A stretch of DNA of 64,000 bases from Lama guanicoe (Eukaryota): positions 2,478,011-2,542,010 of the forward strand of contig MU054117.1 of the NCBI GenBank assembly GCA_013239625.1, in the 5' to 3' direction. Made by a program: the position numbers and the translations under genes. Positions within the stretch are counted from its first letter, which is position 1, and each line of letters begins with the position of its first letter. The notes beneath the pieces were generated by a model. That model made no database searches. It saw only the letters and a program-made list of their open reading frames with translations, and was not told the origin of the DNA. Positions 12,511-23,039 of the stretch are shown in pieces.

Positions 12511-13440
12511 GCCCCGGGCCGGCCGTGGACCACAGTGCAAGTGCGCGTCATCGTCTGTTCCGAGTCTGACCTTGCCCCTGGATTCAGCTGCTGTGGGTGA
12601 GCCTGTGGGAGTCCTGCTCCGCCGCCTTCTGTAACCAGACACCACCCTGAGCTGTGCAGGGTGGGACCCTCCTGACACCGCTGGGCCAGCAGGCGGCGTC
12701 ACTGAGATGGGGACGTGGAAACAGACTGCCTGTCCCATGGGGTCTGATGGCGACCAAGCAGACTGTGCCCCAGTGGCCGCCAGAGACCTTCCGTAGAGTG
12801 CGGTGATCGTCCCAGTTCGGGGGAGCCCCACGCAACAGGAGTTTGGGGTGTATGTGTGGACACGGCTCTGCCCTCCCAGGACTGGAGCCAGTGGGTGAGG
12901 ATTGAGGGGCCGCCGTGGGGGCCTCACCTGGGCCGCCCCCGTGGGCTGCGTGTGCTGGGGCAGGGTGCCTGCTCCCCCTCCCGTCTGGGGGGCTCGGGGG
13001 ACAGTGCGCTGTGGAGGAGGGGGTGGACGTCCCTTGTGAGCAGGGGTGGTGGCTGCAGGGAGCTCCTGCCCCCAGGGGCTGGGCCACACCTGCCCAGGGG
13101 AGGGGGTAAGCCTTCGCTTCACTCTGCGGCAGCCATCCCGGCGGTCACCGTGTTTGACCCCTTCTGACAGCGGTGTGTCGGCTCCAAGAGAGGGAACGAG
13201 GCGCTCAGTTTGTGTAAGTTGTTCTCAGGAACGTAGACCGGAGCCAGACTGATCTCAGGGCGGGTCGGCTTCTTCGCAGTCGTGCGACCTTGGGCACCTT
13301 GGTGACCTCGTCCGTGGAATGGGGGCGGAGGGGGCTGGCGCTCGGCTGCTGCTGCGGGAAGAGAGATGCCGGCACGTATAGGGGCAGCCCCGCACCTGAC
13401 TCTCGGGGCGCCCGGGGGGCAGCCACTCGGTCCCGCCTGC

Positions 13441-13632
13441 CAACACGCACTCACACACACACACTCACACCGCACACTCATACAGACGTACTCACACATA
13501 GACACACACATACACACAATACACACACCTACTCACACTCACCACACACCTGTACACACACACCACGGGCATATGTCACCCGCACACACATTCACACACA
13601 TGGCCGTGCACAGACACACACACGCACACACT
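13441..13632 (+). repeat. Degenerate (CA)n low-complexity tract
   Basis: Read directly from the sequence. Confidence 0.9.
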
Positions 13633-15236
13633 GATTTTTAGAGAAATAAAGCTCTCCTGTGCCTGCAGGCGAGCAGAGAGGCGGCCCCGGGTCCGGGTGT
13701 GGCGGCGCGTTCCCGGCGCCCAGACCGCGCTTTCGACCGTCGCCCTCGCCCTGGTATCAGAAACAGGAGGGGAGGTGGCCTTCACTGAGAAGAGGACTCT
13801 GTGGCCCTCTGGGGTGAGAAGGCAGCCCGGGGAAGGGGCTGGAAAGAGGCGGCTAAGCCACTCTGACTAAGACACTGTCCAGAACTCGGTTTTCGCGTTA
13901 TTCCCCGAGGAGGGACGCGGTGAGGCGGGCGCGCGTCTTCGTGGAAGGCCGGGGCCCGGCGGGTGGAAACGGCGGAGGGGTCTTTAAGCTCACGGATGTC
14001 AAATATTCAACTTGAAGTGTTTTGTATTTTGCTATGTAAAACCCGCTTTGTCTCTCCAAACCTTCAGTAAAGTCTGCTACACACACAAAGGCCTTTGTGC
14101 GCGTGATTTCTTTTTATGGAAACGAGGGTCCCACGTCTGTCCGTCTGTCCGTAGAGCAAAGGACAGCAGCCAGGCAGGTTGGAGCCATGGAGGCATCTCA
14201 ACCAGACCAGGCCGGGGGAGCAGGACGGCAGAGCCGCCCGAGGGCGTGCCTTGGCCGCCGTGCGGGCTAGTGAATCCCTTCCCACTTCCTGAGAGAGGAC
14301 CCGGGCTCCGTGCGCCCACAGCTTTAGGAGCATAACGTCAGGTACTTAATAGACAACAAGTGGACTCAAAAATCATTGGATTTGAAAGAGCAGTCAAAGC
14401 CAGAGGTTCAGGCAGGGGCTGGTGGGGTGTGGTCCCCAGCTCAGCCTCTTGGGAACTTGGTGTTAGCCCTTGACCAGGGACTGAGCAGATCCGGGGGACT
14501 TGCTGGCGAGCTGGAACCAGAATCGCGAGTGGATAAGCAGGTGGAGCCGCCCAAACGCCTCTTCATCGATTCACCCTGAGCAGCACAGCTCCCAGGACCC
14601 GGCTCTCCCCCCGGGGGCCCTTCCTCCCCGGGAAGCCAGGTCACCCGTGGACTGTGGCTGGTGCGTCTGGTCAAACGGGAATGTGGGTGACCTTGAAGGA
14701 CTGTGACCAGCAGTGGTGAGAGTCTGGTGCCCCGTCTCCACTTTCGGGACTGAACTCTCCACCTGAGGATCAAGGCATCCTTTCTCTGGGGCCTCTTTTG
14801 TGACCACAAGTCCCAGCACGTCGTTCGAAGAAGTTCCGGTGCTTGTGACTGTCCGGTCAGTGGGATCCCTCCAGCACCGTCGGGCACCTCTGCTCATTCT
14901 CACGGGTTCCAGCGAATCGTCTGAAGCCTGTTAGCCTGGAGCAAATCCCCCCACCCATCCCCCTCTCTGAATGGTGAGCAGGGTCTGGTGGGCTCCCCGG
15001 TAGCCTGAAGCTACTCCGTCCCCTCAGGTCAGGGAGCCTGCGGACAGGGCCGACCCTGGGTTTTTCTTGCGCTCAGGTTTGCAGGTAACCCTGGCGTCAC
15101 AGATGGGCTTTGGGCTTGGGTAGGAGGAAAGAAAGGAAGGGGAGAGGAGGGGTGAGAGGAGGGCAGGGTTGGGAGTGCTAGGTTGCCCCCCAGAGCTCAT
15201 CCCAATGGCTGTAGGGTGGCTCGTGTGGCACAGCAG

Positions 15237-15480
15237 TCATTCAGGCACATAGCAAAGCATTTATTGAGCACAGACTGTATGCCAGGGAAGCATTTATTGA
15301 GCGCAGATTGTATGCCAAGCACTATTCTGAATGTGTGTGTGTTGGGGAGGAGATGGGAATGCAAAGGTCTTTGCTCTTGTGGGACTTCCATTCTAATCGG
15401 GGAGACTGATAAATAATAAGCAATAAGAAAAGGTAAATAAACAGGAAAATAATGAAACAATTAGTGCTTCGATGAAAGTG
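15237..15480 (-). mobile_element. L2 3' fragment with an internal 33-bp tandem duplication (15255-15320)
   Basis: AAGCATTTATTGAGC(A/G)CAGA(C/T)TGTATGCCA occurs twice in tandem. Confidence 0.7.
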
Positions 15481-15496
15481 AAACAGGGCAAAGCTG

Positions 15497-15706
15497 GGGG
15501 AGGGATAAATTAGGAGTTTGGGGTTAGCAGATACAGACAACTATATACAAAATTGATCAACAAGGGCCTGCTGTAGAGCACAGGAACTATATTCAATAGC
15601 TTGTAATAGCCTATTATGAGAAAGAATATATGTATCTGCATGACTGGACCACTGTGCTGCACACCAGAAACTAACGCAGCTTTGTGAGTATGCTCTGCTC
15701 CAGTCA
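15497..15706 (+). mobile_element. L1 3' end fragment
   Basis: GGGATAAATTAGGAGTTTGGGGTTAGCAGATAC...CACAGGAACTATATTCAATA...CCAGAAACTAAC; imperfect flanking repeat CAG(G/A)GCAAA(G/A)CTGG. Confidence 0.85.
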
Positions 15707-15737
15707 AATCAGAGCAAAACTGGAGGATGTGTCAGCA

Positions 15738-16054
15738 CAGGGCTTGGCCATGCCCGGCCCACCACCTGTTCTTGAATAGCTTGGGAGCTGAGAATGGTTT
15801 TTATATTTCTAAATGTTTGAAAAGCAATCCGAAGGAGGCTAACGGTGATCCATGGACACGGTCCACAGTTCACATCCCCGGGTCTGTAAGTAAGAGTGTT
15901 ACTGGAGGAGGCCGCAGTCGCTCTGACGAGTGCTATTGGCAGCCTTCCGGCTACGACACCGAGCTGAGCTGAGAGGTGGCAGCAGAGACCGTGTTTGACT
16001 CCTGGTGCCCGGGACTCTGTCCTGCCCTTTCCAGGAAAAGCTTCCCGACTCCCG
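15738..16054 (+). mobile_element. MER58B-like hAT-Charlie MITE
   Basis: GAGCTGAGAATGGTTTTTATATTT...CAGAGACCGTGT...GCCCTTTCCAGGAAAAGCTT. Confidence 0.65.
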
Positions 16055-16542
16055 AGTCAGGAAGTAACTGGAGGGGCTCCCTCAGAGCGGGTGGTCATCG
16101 AAGGCCTCTCCGAGGTGACTGCAGGAGCAGCTGCGTGAAGACCCGGGGACGTGAGCTCCTACTTTGAGGGCACTGATGTGGGAGACTAGGGTGCAGCTGG
16201 GGTGACATCCTGTCCCCATTTCATGGGACCACATCTTCATCAGTTTCCCCGAGGGTAACGATAGTTTCAGGGGTGGGGTCCCCTCCCAACCTGATCTGTG
16301 TCCTCTGGCTTTGTTGTGGCTTTTGTCACCTGTGTCATTTGCTCTGAAGCCCAGTGACCGTCGGTCATCTGCCTCTACTTAAAAGGGACAGTGACGCCGA
16401 GGGGAGGCTCTGACCAGGTGGGCAGGTGTGGGAGGCCGGCTGCACTGCATGGCCATCTGGCTGAGCTTTCATTCTAGGAAGCACATTTCTTTAGGGTATT
16501 TCCTCCTGGCCCAGGGAGTTTCCATGGAAAGGGTTCCCTCAA

Positions 16543-17310
16543 TTTCTTTTCTTTCTTTCTTTTTTTTTTGTGTATATATATTTTATTGAAGTATAGTCAG
16601 TTTACAATGTTGTGTCAATTTCTCGTGTACAGCACAATGCCCCAGTCATACATGAACATGCATATATTCATTTTCATATTCTTTTTTACCATAGGTTACT
16701 ACAAGACATTGAATATAGTTCCCTGTGCATTACAGTATGAACTTGTTTTTTTACCTACTTTATATATAGTAGTTAGTATCTGCAAATCTTGAACTCCCAA
16801 TTTATCCCATTCCACCCTCTTCCCTCCCTGGTAACCATAAGTTTGCTTTCTATGTCTGTGGGTCTGTTTCTGTTTTGTAAATAAGTTTGTTTGTTTTTTT
16901 TTTTTTTTGGATTCCACGTATAAGTGATATCATAGTGTATTTTTCTTTCCCTTTCTGGCCTACTTCACTCAGAACGACAATCTCCAGGTCTCCAGGTTGC
17001 TGCAAATGGCATTTTATTCTTTTTTATGGCTGAGTAGAATTCTGTTGTATAAATATACCACAACTTCTGTATCCAGTCATCTGTCAATGGACATTTAAGT
17101 TGTTTCCATGTCTTGGCTATTGTAAATAGTGCTGCTACGAACATTGGGGTGCCTGTATCTTTTTGAGTTAAGTTTCCCTCTAGATATATGCCCAGGGGTG
17201 GGACTGCTGGATCATATGTTAATTCTATTTTTAGTCTTTTGAGGAATCTCCGTACTGTTTTCCATATTGGCTACACCAAACTACATTCCCACCAACAGTA
17301 TAGGAGGGTT
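16543..17310 (-). mobile_element. L1 3' end, ~770 bp, 5'-truncated
   Basis: Poly-T then typical L1 3'UTR; AGGGTTCCCTC at both 16530-16540 and 17305-17315 (target duplication overlapping a microhomology). Confidence 0.9.
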
Positions 17311-17432
17311 CCCTCCCCCACTTTCTTGCTGTGGAGAACCATCTGGCCACCAGCATCCTAGGAACCAAGTGGGAGAAAAGTACAGGGGCCGCCCCAGTAT
17401 TCAGTACGGACCCCCTGTTCTGCATGGAGCTC

Positions 17433-17527
17433 TTTTTCTGTTGTTGTTGTTAATGGAGGTGCTGCGGACTGAACCCAGGACCTCATGCCTGCTAAGCACG
17501 TACTTTACTACTGAGCCATGCTCACCC
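17433..17527 (-). mobile_element. tRNA-Ala-derived SINE (Vic-1-like)
   Basis: Core TGGAGGTGCTGCGGACTGAACCCAGGACCTCATGCCTGCTAAGCACG with a T-rich tail. Confidence 0.85.
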
Positions 17528-17699
17528 TAGCAGAACTCTTGTATTCATCTGGACCTGGTACCCCCCGCCCAGAGACACTCCATTTTGACCCCTCCGAGGC
17601 AAAGAAGTCCAGCTTCTGCCTGAGCTGGGAGGCAGCCCCCAGCCGCAAGCAGTCAGGGAAGGATTTGGGGATCCACCTCTTCCCGAGCTGACGTGGAAC

Positions 17700-18012
17700 A
17701 GCCCTCTCGTCTTCACCTCCACCTCCAGGGATCCCTGGTGTCATCAGTTCTGGACTCCTGGGAAGTTGGCTGGTAGAAGCCATGCTCCTCTGTGGCTTTC
17801 TCGGGGTTAGGGGTCAGCTTTCTTGGTCTGCTGAGTCAGCAGGCGCCCATCCTTCCGTTCTCCAGCTTCTGAATCTCTGTGCCTATTATTTCGTCTCCTG
17901 TTCTCTTTGAACTGTAGGATTTATACCTTAAAAAAAATTCCTTTATGATCATCTTAGAAGAGTTTCAAGAGGGAACAAAGTAGATGTATGTGTTGAATCC
18001 ACCACCTTTGTC
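17700..18012 (-). mobile_element. HAL1/L1ME-like 5' end fragment
   Basis: GTATGTGTTGAATCCACCACCTTT terminus with upstream TCCAGCTTC and GGATTTATACCTT motifs recalled from HAL1; similar to 52620-52810. Confidence 0.55.
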
Positions 18013-18019
18013 CTGGTTC

Positions 18020-18676
18020 ACTTATTTAAAATGTTGCTCTGACTGTTGTGTGAAGATAGTTCAGATGGGGCAGGGGAGACCCAGTTAGGGGGTCACTGCA
18101 AAGTCTAGGTGAGAGATGGTGGTGATCTGGACGAGGGTTAGTGATGGAGAGGAAAGAGAGCCAATGACCTTGAGCTTTGTTTTGAAGATCGTCACTATGA
18201 CTTCCTGACGCCTGGGTCCAGGGAGGATGGGAAAGTGAGGGATCAAGATTAACTCCAAGTTTCCTGGCACAAGTCACATATTTACTGTGACAGGAAAGGC
18301 TTGGGGAGGAGCAAGTTTGCGGGTGGAGATCGGAGCTGAGTTGAGATACCTATTAGGCATTCAAGTAGCAGCTGCCTCTGCGATTCTGGAATGAAGGGGA
18401 GAGGTCAGGGCTGGGTTGAGGCTTCACTGGCGCCTGGATTGGCATTTAAGTCCCTGAGACGAGATGAGGTTATCTGGGAGGACAGCATGGCTGGGGAAGA
18501 GGACGTGTCCCCAGGACTGCCCTGAGTCATTCCGACATTTAAAGGTAGAGGAGAGATGAGGGGAAACCAAGAGAGAGTGGTCTCCTTCTCAGTAGTAAGG
18601 AGAAGAAAGCATTTCCAGCAGCAGCTGTGACAATCTAGTGGCACGCAGATTCAGGTGAGGACAGAGAATTGACCAT
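18020..18676 (-). mobile_element. L2 fragment
   Basis: CCAGTTAGGGGGTCACTGCAAAGTCTAGGTGAGAGATGGTGG and GGGGAGAGGTCAGGGCTGG motifs. Confidence 0.75.
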
Positions 18677-18677
18677 T

Positions 18678-19141
18678 TGTGGCAGCGACTCCCTGGTTTC
18701 CCCTTCTTCCTGAGTAACAGGATCCCTCCATTTTGAGCTGGGCACATGGCCACTCAGAATAAAAACCGTATTTTCTAGTCTCCGTTGCAGCTAGATGTGG
18801 CCATGTGACAAAGTCTGACCAGTGGAGGTGAGCGGACTGCAATTTCCAGAAGTGTCGTAATAGGGAAGGGGCATACTTTTCTTCATCTCTTCTTTTCGGT
18901 TGACTGAATTGTGACGTGATTGCTGGATTTCCTGCAGCCATTTTGCACTGTGAGATGGCCTTAGAAATAGAAGTTACCCGTGGTAAAGCAACAAGATAAA
19001 AGGATCTGGGGTCTTTCATTCCATGGAGCACCATGAAAGCTCTGCACAGACTTTATATGGGAGAGAACTAAACCATCTAACGTCACTTTTATTTTGTGTA
19101 TTTTGTAATTAGCAGCCCAACTTTTATTTCTAATGGATATA
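18678..19141 (+). mobile_element. MLT1J/K-like MaLR solo LTR
   Basis: GCAGCTAGATGTGGCCATGTGAC, GCAGCCATTTTG and terminal TTAGCAGCCCAAC...CTAA. Confidence 0.8.
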
Positions 19142-21583
19142 TTATGGGGTCTGGCAATAAACTGAGAGGCTGTTTGAAACATGACCTGTAACAATAGTAA
19201 TAATACCACCCTGACCCTTCATAGCACTTTTCAGTTTACAAAGCACATTCAAACACACTGTCTTGCTTGATGTCTGCAGCTGCTCTGTGCTACGGCAAAC
19301 ACTCTCACAGCTGAAGGAACCGAGGCTCAGAGGATTCAGTCACTCATGTCACCTGCTTACTACAACACAGATCCTGTACTTTGGCCAGGGTCCTCGGCTC
19401 CTCACCTGCGGCTGGTGACTGTGGGTGGAGAGTAGGTTACAAATGTGCAGGGGTTCTGCCCCAGAGCCTGCCTGAAGCTGGGCGGAGAGTTGGGAACGGG
19501 CCCCTGGGGGAACACAGGCACTCAGATGCAGCAGTGGACGCTTCTGCTCCCACGGGGGTGCTGCGGGGCAGGGAGGTTGTGGGGAACAGTTAGGGAGGTA
19601 AAGCCCGGACAAGCGCCAGCCTGGCAGGGACGTGCGCCAGCAGCTGGCGGGCTAGCGACCCCGGTTTGGAAGTAACTGGGAAGCAGTGAGATGTCCAGAG
19701 CAAGAGTCCACGGAGCGTCCTGCGGCCGTGGGAGCGATCTGTCCACATCACAGGGCTCGGCCTCTCTTTGCGGGATCCCTCGCGGGCCGAGCGGAGGCCT
19801 TCTGAGCTTTGGTGCGATTCTCTCCTGCTTTTCCTCTTCGGTGACTACTTCGCTGACTCCTTTCCAGTTTCTTTCTCCAAGTTCCCCGCGATCCTGATGT
19901 AGACGCTTGGTGGCAGAAGTGTGCCAAATGTCCCTCAGAGATTGTCGGGGAGATACGGACTCTAAGCGGATTACGGCTTTGCACCTTTTTAACGGCAAGC
20001 GGAGGTGAGATTCTTTTTAAGCGACTTGCTCCAGGATTCGCAGGCGGGAAGTGGAAGCAGGGGTTCCAAGCCAGCCTTGGGACTTCCAAGACCACACGCT
20101 GCCTCCCCGCGTTAGCCCTGGAAACCCAGGAGCCCCCGGGAAATGCGGTCCTGTCTATCCACCCGGGGGCCCCTTTCATCTTGACAGAGCCGCCCCAGCC
20201 CCGCTCCTGGAGACACATTAAAGCAGGCCTCACATGCCTGCTCTGGGGCTGGCCCGGCCCCTCCCCACTCACACCAGGCCCACTTGCTCTCTCTTCATCT
20301 CGCTGAATCTCAGATTCCTGGCTGTGGTCCCGGGCTTTGATACTGGCTTCTGCTCACATGGCTTTGGCAACTCACACATCCCCCTTGGAGTTTCGGGGGC
20401 CTTGGGTTTTTTTCGTTCACCCTCTGCTCTGTTCCTGCCTCTGGTCGGTGTCCTCCCACGGCCTTGAGTGAGGAGCGCCCTCCCTCTGGCCCGGGCTCTG
20501 AGAGCCCGCACGCGGCTGGGCTTGGAGATGGTGTTCCAGCCACACTTCTTCTCCTCTGAGGCAGAGACGTGCACAAAAGAGGCTCAGCAAGGCGCTAACC
20601 ACCGTCTCCATCAGGTGAGACCTGGACCCCAATGTCGAATTCTAGAAGGGGCTGGCCTGAATGCCTACGACTAAAACAGGCCTCATTTATCCCATAAGCA
20701 TTTTGTGAGCACCTCGGATGTGTCTGACACAGTTCTAGCTCCTGGGGACGCAGCAGCGAGTATAATCAAAGTCCAGGTCCATGAAGAGCTTATGTGCTAG
20801 TGGGAATCACATACAAAATAAACACAGTTGCACCACGCCTCCTGTTCTGTTTATCCCCCGATGGCCACACCCGGCCAGCCTTGGATCTGATCTCTGTGAT
20901 GGAGGGAGACGAAGACTCAAGAGCAGCGGAGGGCATTTGCCTCAATGCCCTCTTAGAGGAGACGGCAGCCCCCTGGCCCTGACACTGCAGGAGAGCAAGA
21001 CAATTCCATCCACAGAGAAAACTCGAGAGAGAGGCAGACACGGCCGATCTGGCTGAGGGAACCACTCCAGCCCTTGGCAACTGGGACCCCTGACAAGAGC
21101 CACAATCAAAGGTGCTCACACGTGCAGACCATGCACTTCTGGCTCAGAGCATGGGTCCTGTGCATTGCCAGAACCTGGTGGCCCTATCCACCCCGGTCCT
21201 CTGGAATCAAAATCTGCAGGCGAGTCCTCTGCACAGGGAAGTCTGAGAAGCAGCAGGCTAGACTTCGTGAGCAGGTGCAGAGGAAAGCTCTGCCCCTAGA
21301 CTGTGCCCAGTCCACGATGACTCCTCCTTGAGGATGGGGCTCCCTCACACCTCCCAGGGAAAGGGGTGTGCTGATTTGATTATTATAAATAAAATGATCA
21401 ACAGCAATAAAAACAGAATAAGACTAGAATAAAATAAAATAAGAGAAAATTCACTTCAGTTCAAAGGGTGCTTCCTTTTAATTTGACTTGTAATATTTTC
21501 AGCTGTCAAGATGTCAACAAATGAATATCACTCCATACTTTTGTATTAGTTTAGGAACTACTACTAAGATGCTACCAATTGAG

Positions 21584-21658
21584 GTCTTTTTTTGTTTTAA
21601 GTACAGTTGGTTTACAACTTTGTGTTAGTTTCTGGTGCACAGCAGAGTGGCTCAGTTT

Positions 21659-21711
<53 letters not shown>

Positions 21712-21927
21712 GTATATATATATATGTGTATATATATATGTATATATATATGTGTATATATATGTGTATATATATATGTGTATATATATATATGTTTCTT
21801 TTCATATTCTTTTTCATTATCGACTATTACAAGGTGCTGAATATAGTTCCCTGTGCTGTACAGCAGGACCTTGCTGTTCATCTAATTTGTGTATAGTAGT
21901 GTGTATCTGCTAATCCCGAATTCCCAT
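21584..21927 (-). mobile_element. L1 3' end with expanded (TA)n tract, inserted into the EBLN
   Basis: L1 3'UTR motifs; direct repeat CAATTGAG(G/A)T(C/T)TT at 21576 and 21928; TTTT/AA endonuclease-type site at 21937-21942. Confidence 0.9.
21660..21793 (+). repeat. (TA)n/(TATATG)n microsatellite
   Basis: Read directly; lies inside an L1 3'UTR. Confidence 0.95.
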
Positions 21928-22033
21928 CAATTGAGATTTTAATGTCTAAGGGGAACTTTTATGCATGGAAAAGAATACTTAAAGTTATTTGCATATTTTA
22001 ATTTTTTTCAGTTGATTAAAGTTGTAGATTTTA

Positions 22034-22078
22034 GGATTTTTTGGGGGGGATTGGGTTTATTTTTGGAGGGGGGAAGTA
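22034..22078 (-). mobile_element. Short insertion, probably a truncated SINE tail, inside the EBLN
   Basis: Flanked by a 17-bp direct repeat TAAAGT(T/G)GTAGATTTTA (22017-22033 and 22079-22095); resembles the Vic-1-like tail. Confidence 0.6.
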
Positions 22079-22505
22079 TAAAGTGGTAGATTTTAAAGCC
22101 TAATTGTATTAAGTTCAACTTGCAAATCTTGCTATTTTGTCCATAAAGCTAGTATTTTTAGGTTTACTCTCTTTTTCTTTGACTAGTGTTCAGTTAGCTC
22201 CTAAATTCTCTAAGCATCTACTGTCACACATTTGATTAATCAAATTAGCTTAGAATAAACCATAAGCACTTCGAATATCTAAGGCAGACTCCCAAATCCA
22301 ACAAAATCTTAGACACTAAACGCCTAACACTAAGAACTGAAACGCTATGCATGAAACATCATTAAGTCTCAACTCACAGATCTAATCAGATGGATTTAAG
22401 CTTTTAACCTCCACACTTAGTCCACCTTAGTCTGAAATTATCACCCCCCCGATATGTCATGCACTTTTATACTTTTCCAACACCTTAAAAGCAGATAAAA
22501 ATTAC

Positions 22506-22581
22506 TCACTTTAAAATGGTTCATGCTTAACTTAATATTATGTGAATTTCTAAAAAGCAATTAAAATCTTAAATTAAATTT
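22506..22581 (+). mobile_element. Very short L1MB-like 3' terminus inserted into the EBLN
   Basis: TCACTTTAAAATGGTT...TTATGTGAATTTC plus A-rich tail; 10-bp direct repeat TAAAAATTAC at 22496-22505 and 22582-22591. Confidence 0.6.
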
Positions 22582-23039
22582 TAAAAATTACCCCCAAAAC
22601 CCAGATAAAATACAAATTAGCACCCCAATGCTTACAGCAGTTACTACCACACACACTTTTAAACCTACCACAAAAGTTTCAAGAGTGTGTTTGTGTCATT
22701 CATCGTATTTATATTTATTTTCAAGCTTCTGTCCAAACAATGCAAGCAGAATCAGCCTCTCAGGCGGGCTGAGACAACCACAGTGAAGACTGAGGCCTTG
22801 CACACACTCCGGCGCTGGGGTTTGGAGCCGCTATACTGTTACAGATGCGAGACACCCTGAGATGGGGTGAGTCTGGGGGAGGGGTCTGGAGGTCACCTGG
22901 CCTGCCAATTATCTGTGGGTGTGGCTTCCTGCAGTCAAATTTTGCCAGCCACAATAACAAAATTCCTAAAACTCTCACTTTGAAATAAATGAATAAGTAA
23001 ATAAGACATCCCAGGGCATCTTTCATCCCCGGGTGTCAC

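Larger units (their letters stand above)
21452..22680 (-). pseudogene. EBLN: Candidate endogenous bornavirus-like nucleoprotein element (EBLN), degraded and interrupted by three insertions
   Basis: The minus-strand translation after removing insertions gives ordered blocks VLICILSG (22623-22600), EKYKS (22477-22463), DVSCIAFQFLVLGV (22360-22319), FMDKIARFAS (22147-22118), MQITLSI (21994-21974), [24 protein letters not shown] and N*KEAPF. These are collinear with recalled Borna disease virus N blocks [73 protein letters not shown] and NLASAAF. Aligned by eye only. Confidence 0.75.

Noticed and set aside
19522..20272. Minus-strand ORFs (158 and 174 aa) with vaguely Myb/SANT-like words
   Set aside because: No sustained similarity to any family I recognise; open frames are expected in CpG-rich DNA.
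21572..21913. Ile/Tyr-repeat ORFs
   Set aside because: Translations of the (TA)n microsatellite in an L1 3'UTR.
22090..22190. TLVKEKESKPK resembling the KEKELK motif of Mononegavirales L polymerase
   Set aside because: Spacing to downstream L motifs does not fit, whereas the flanking blocks align in order to nucleoprotein.
22140..22680. NUMT interpretation (C-over-G skew, short resemblances to mitochondrial tRNA-Trp/Ala/Pro and D-loop words)
   Set aside because: The matches are short and not collinear with mtDNA; the skew is better explained by a minus-strand degraded ORF with ordered bornavirus-N similarity.
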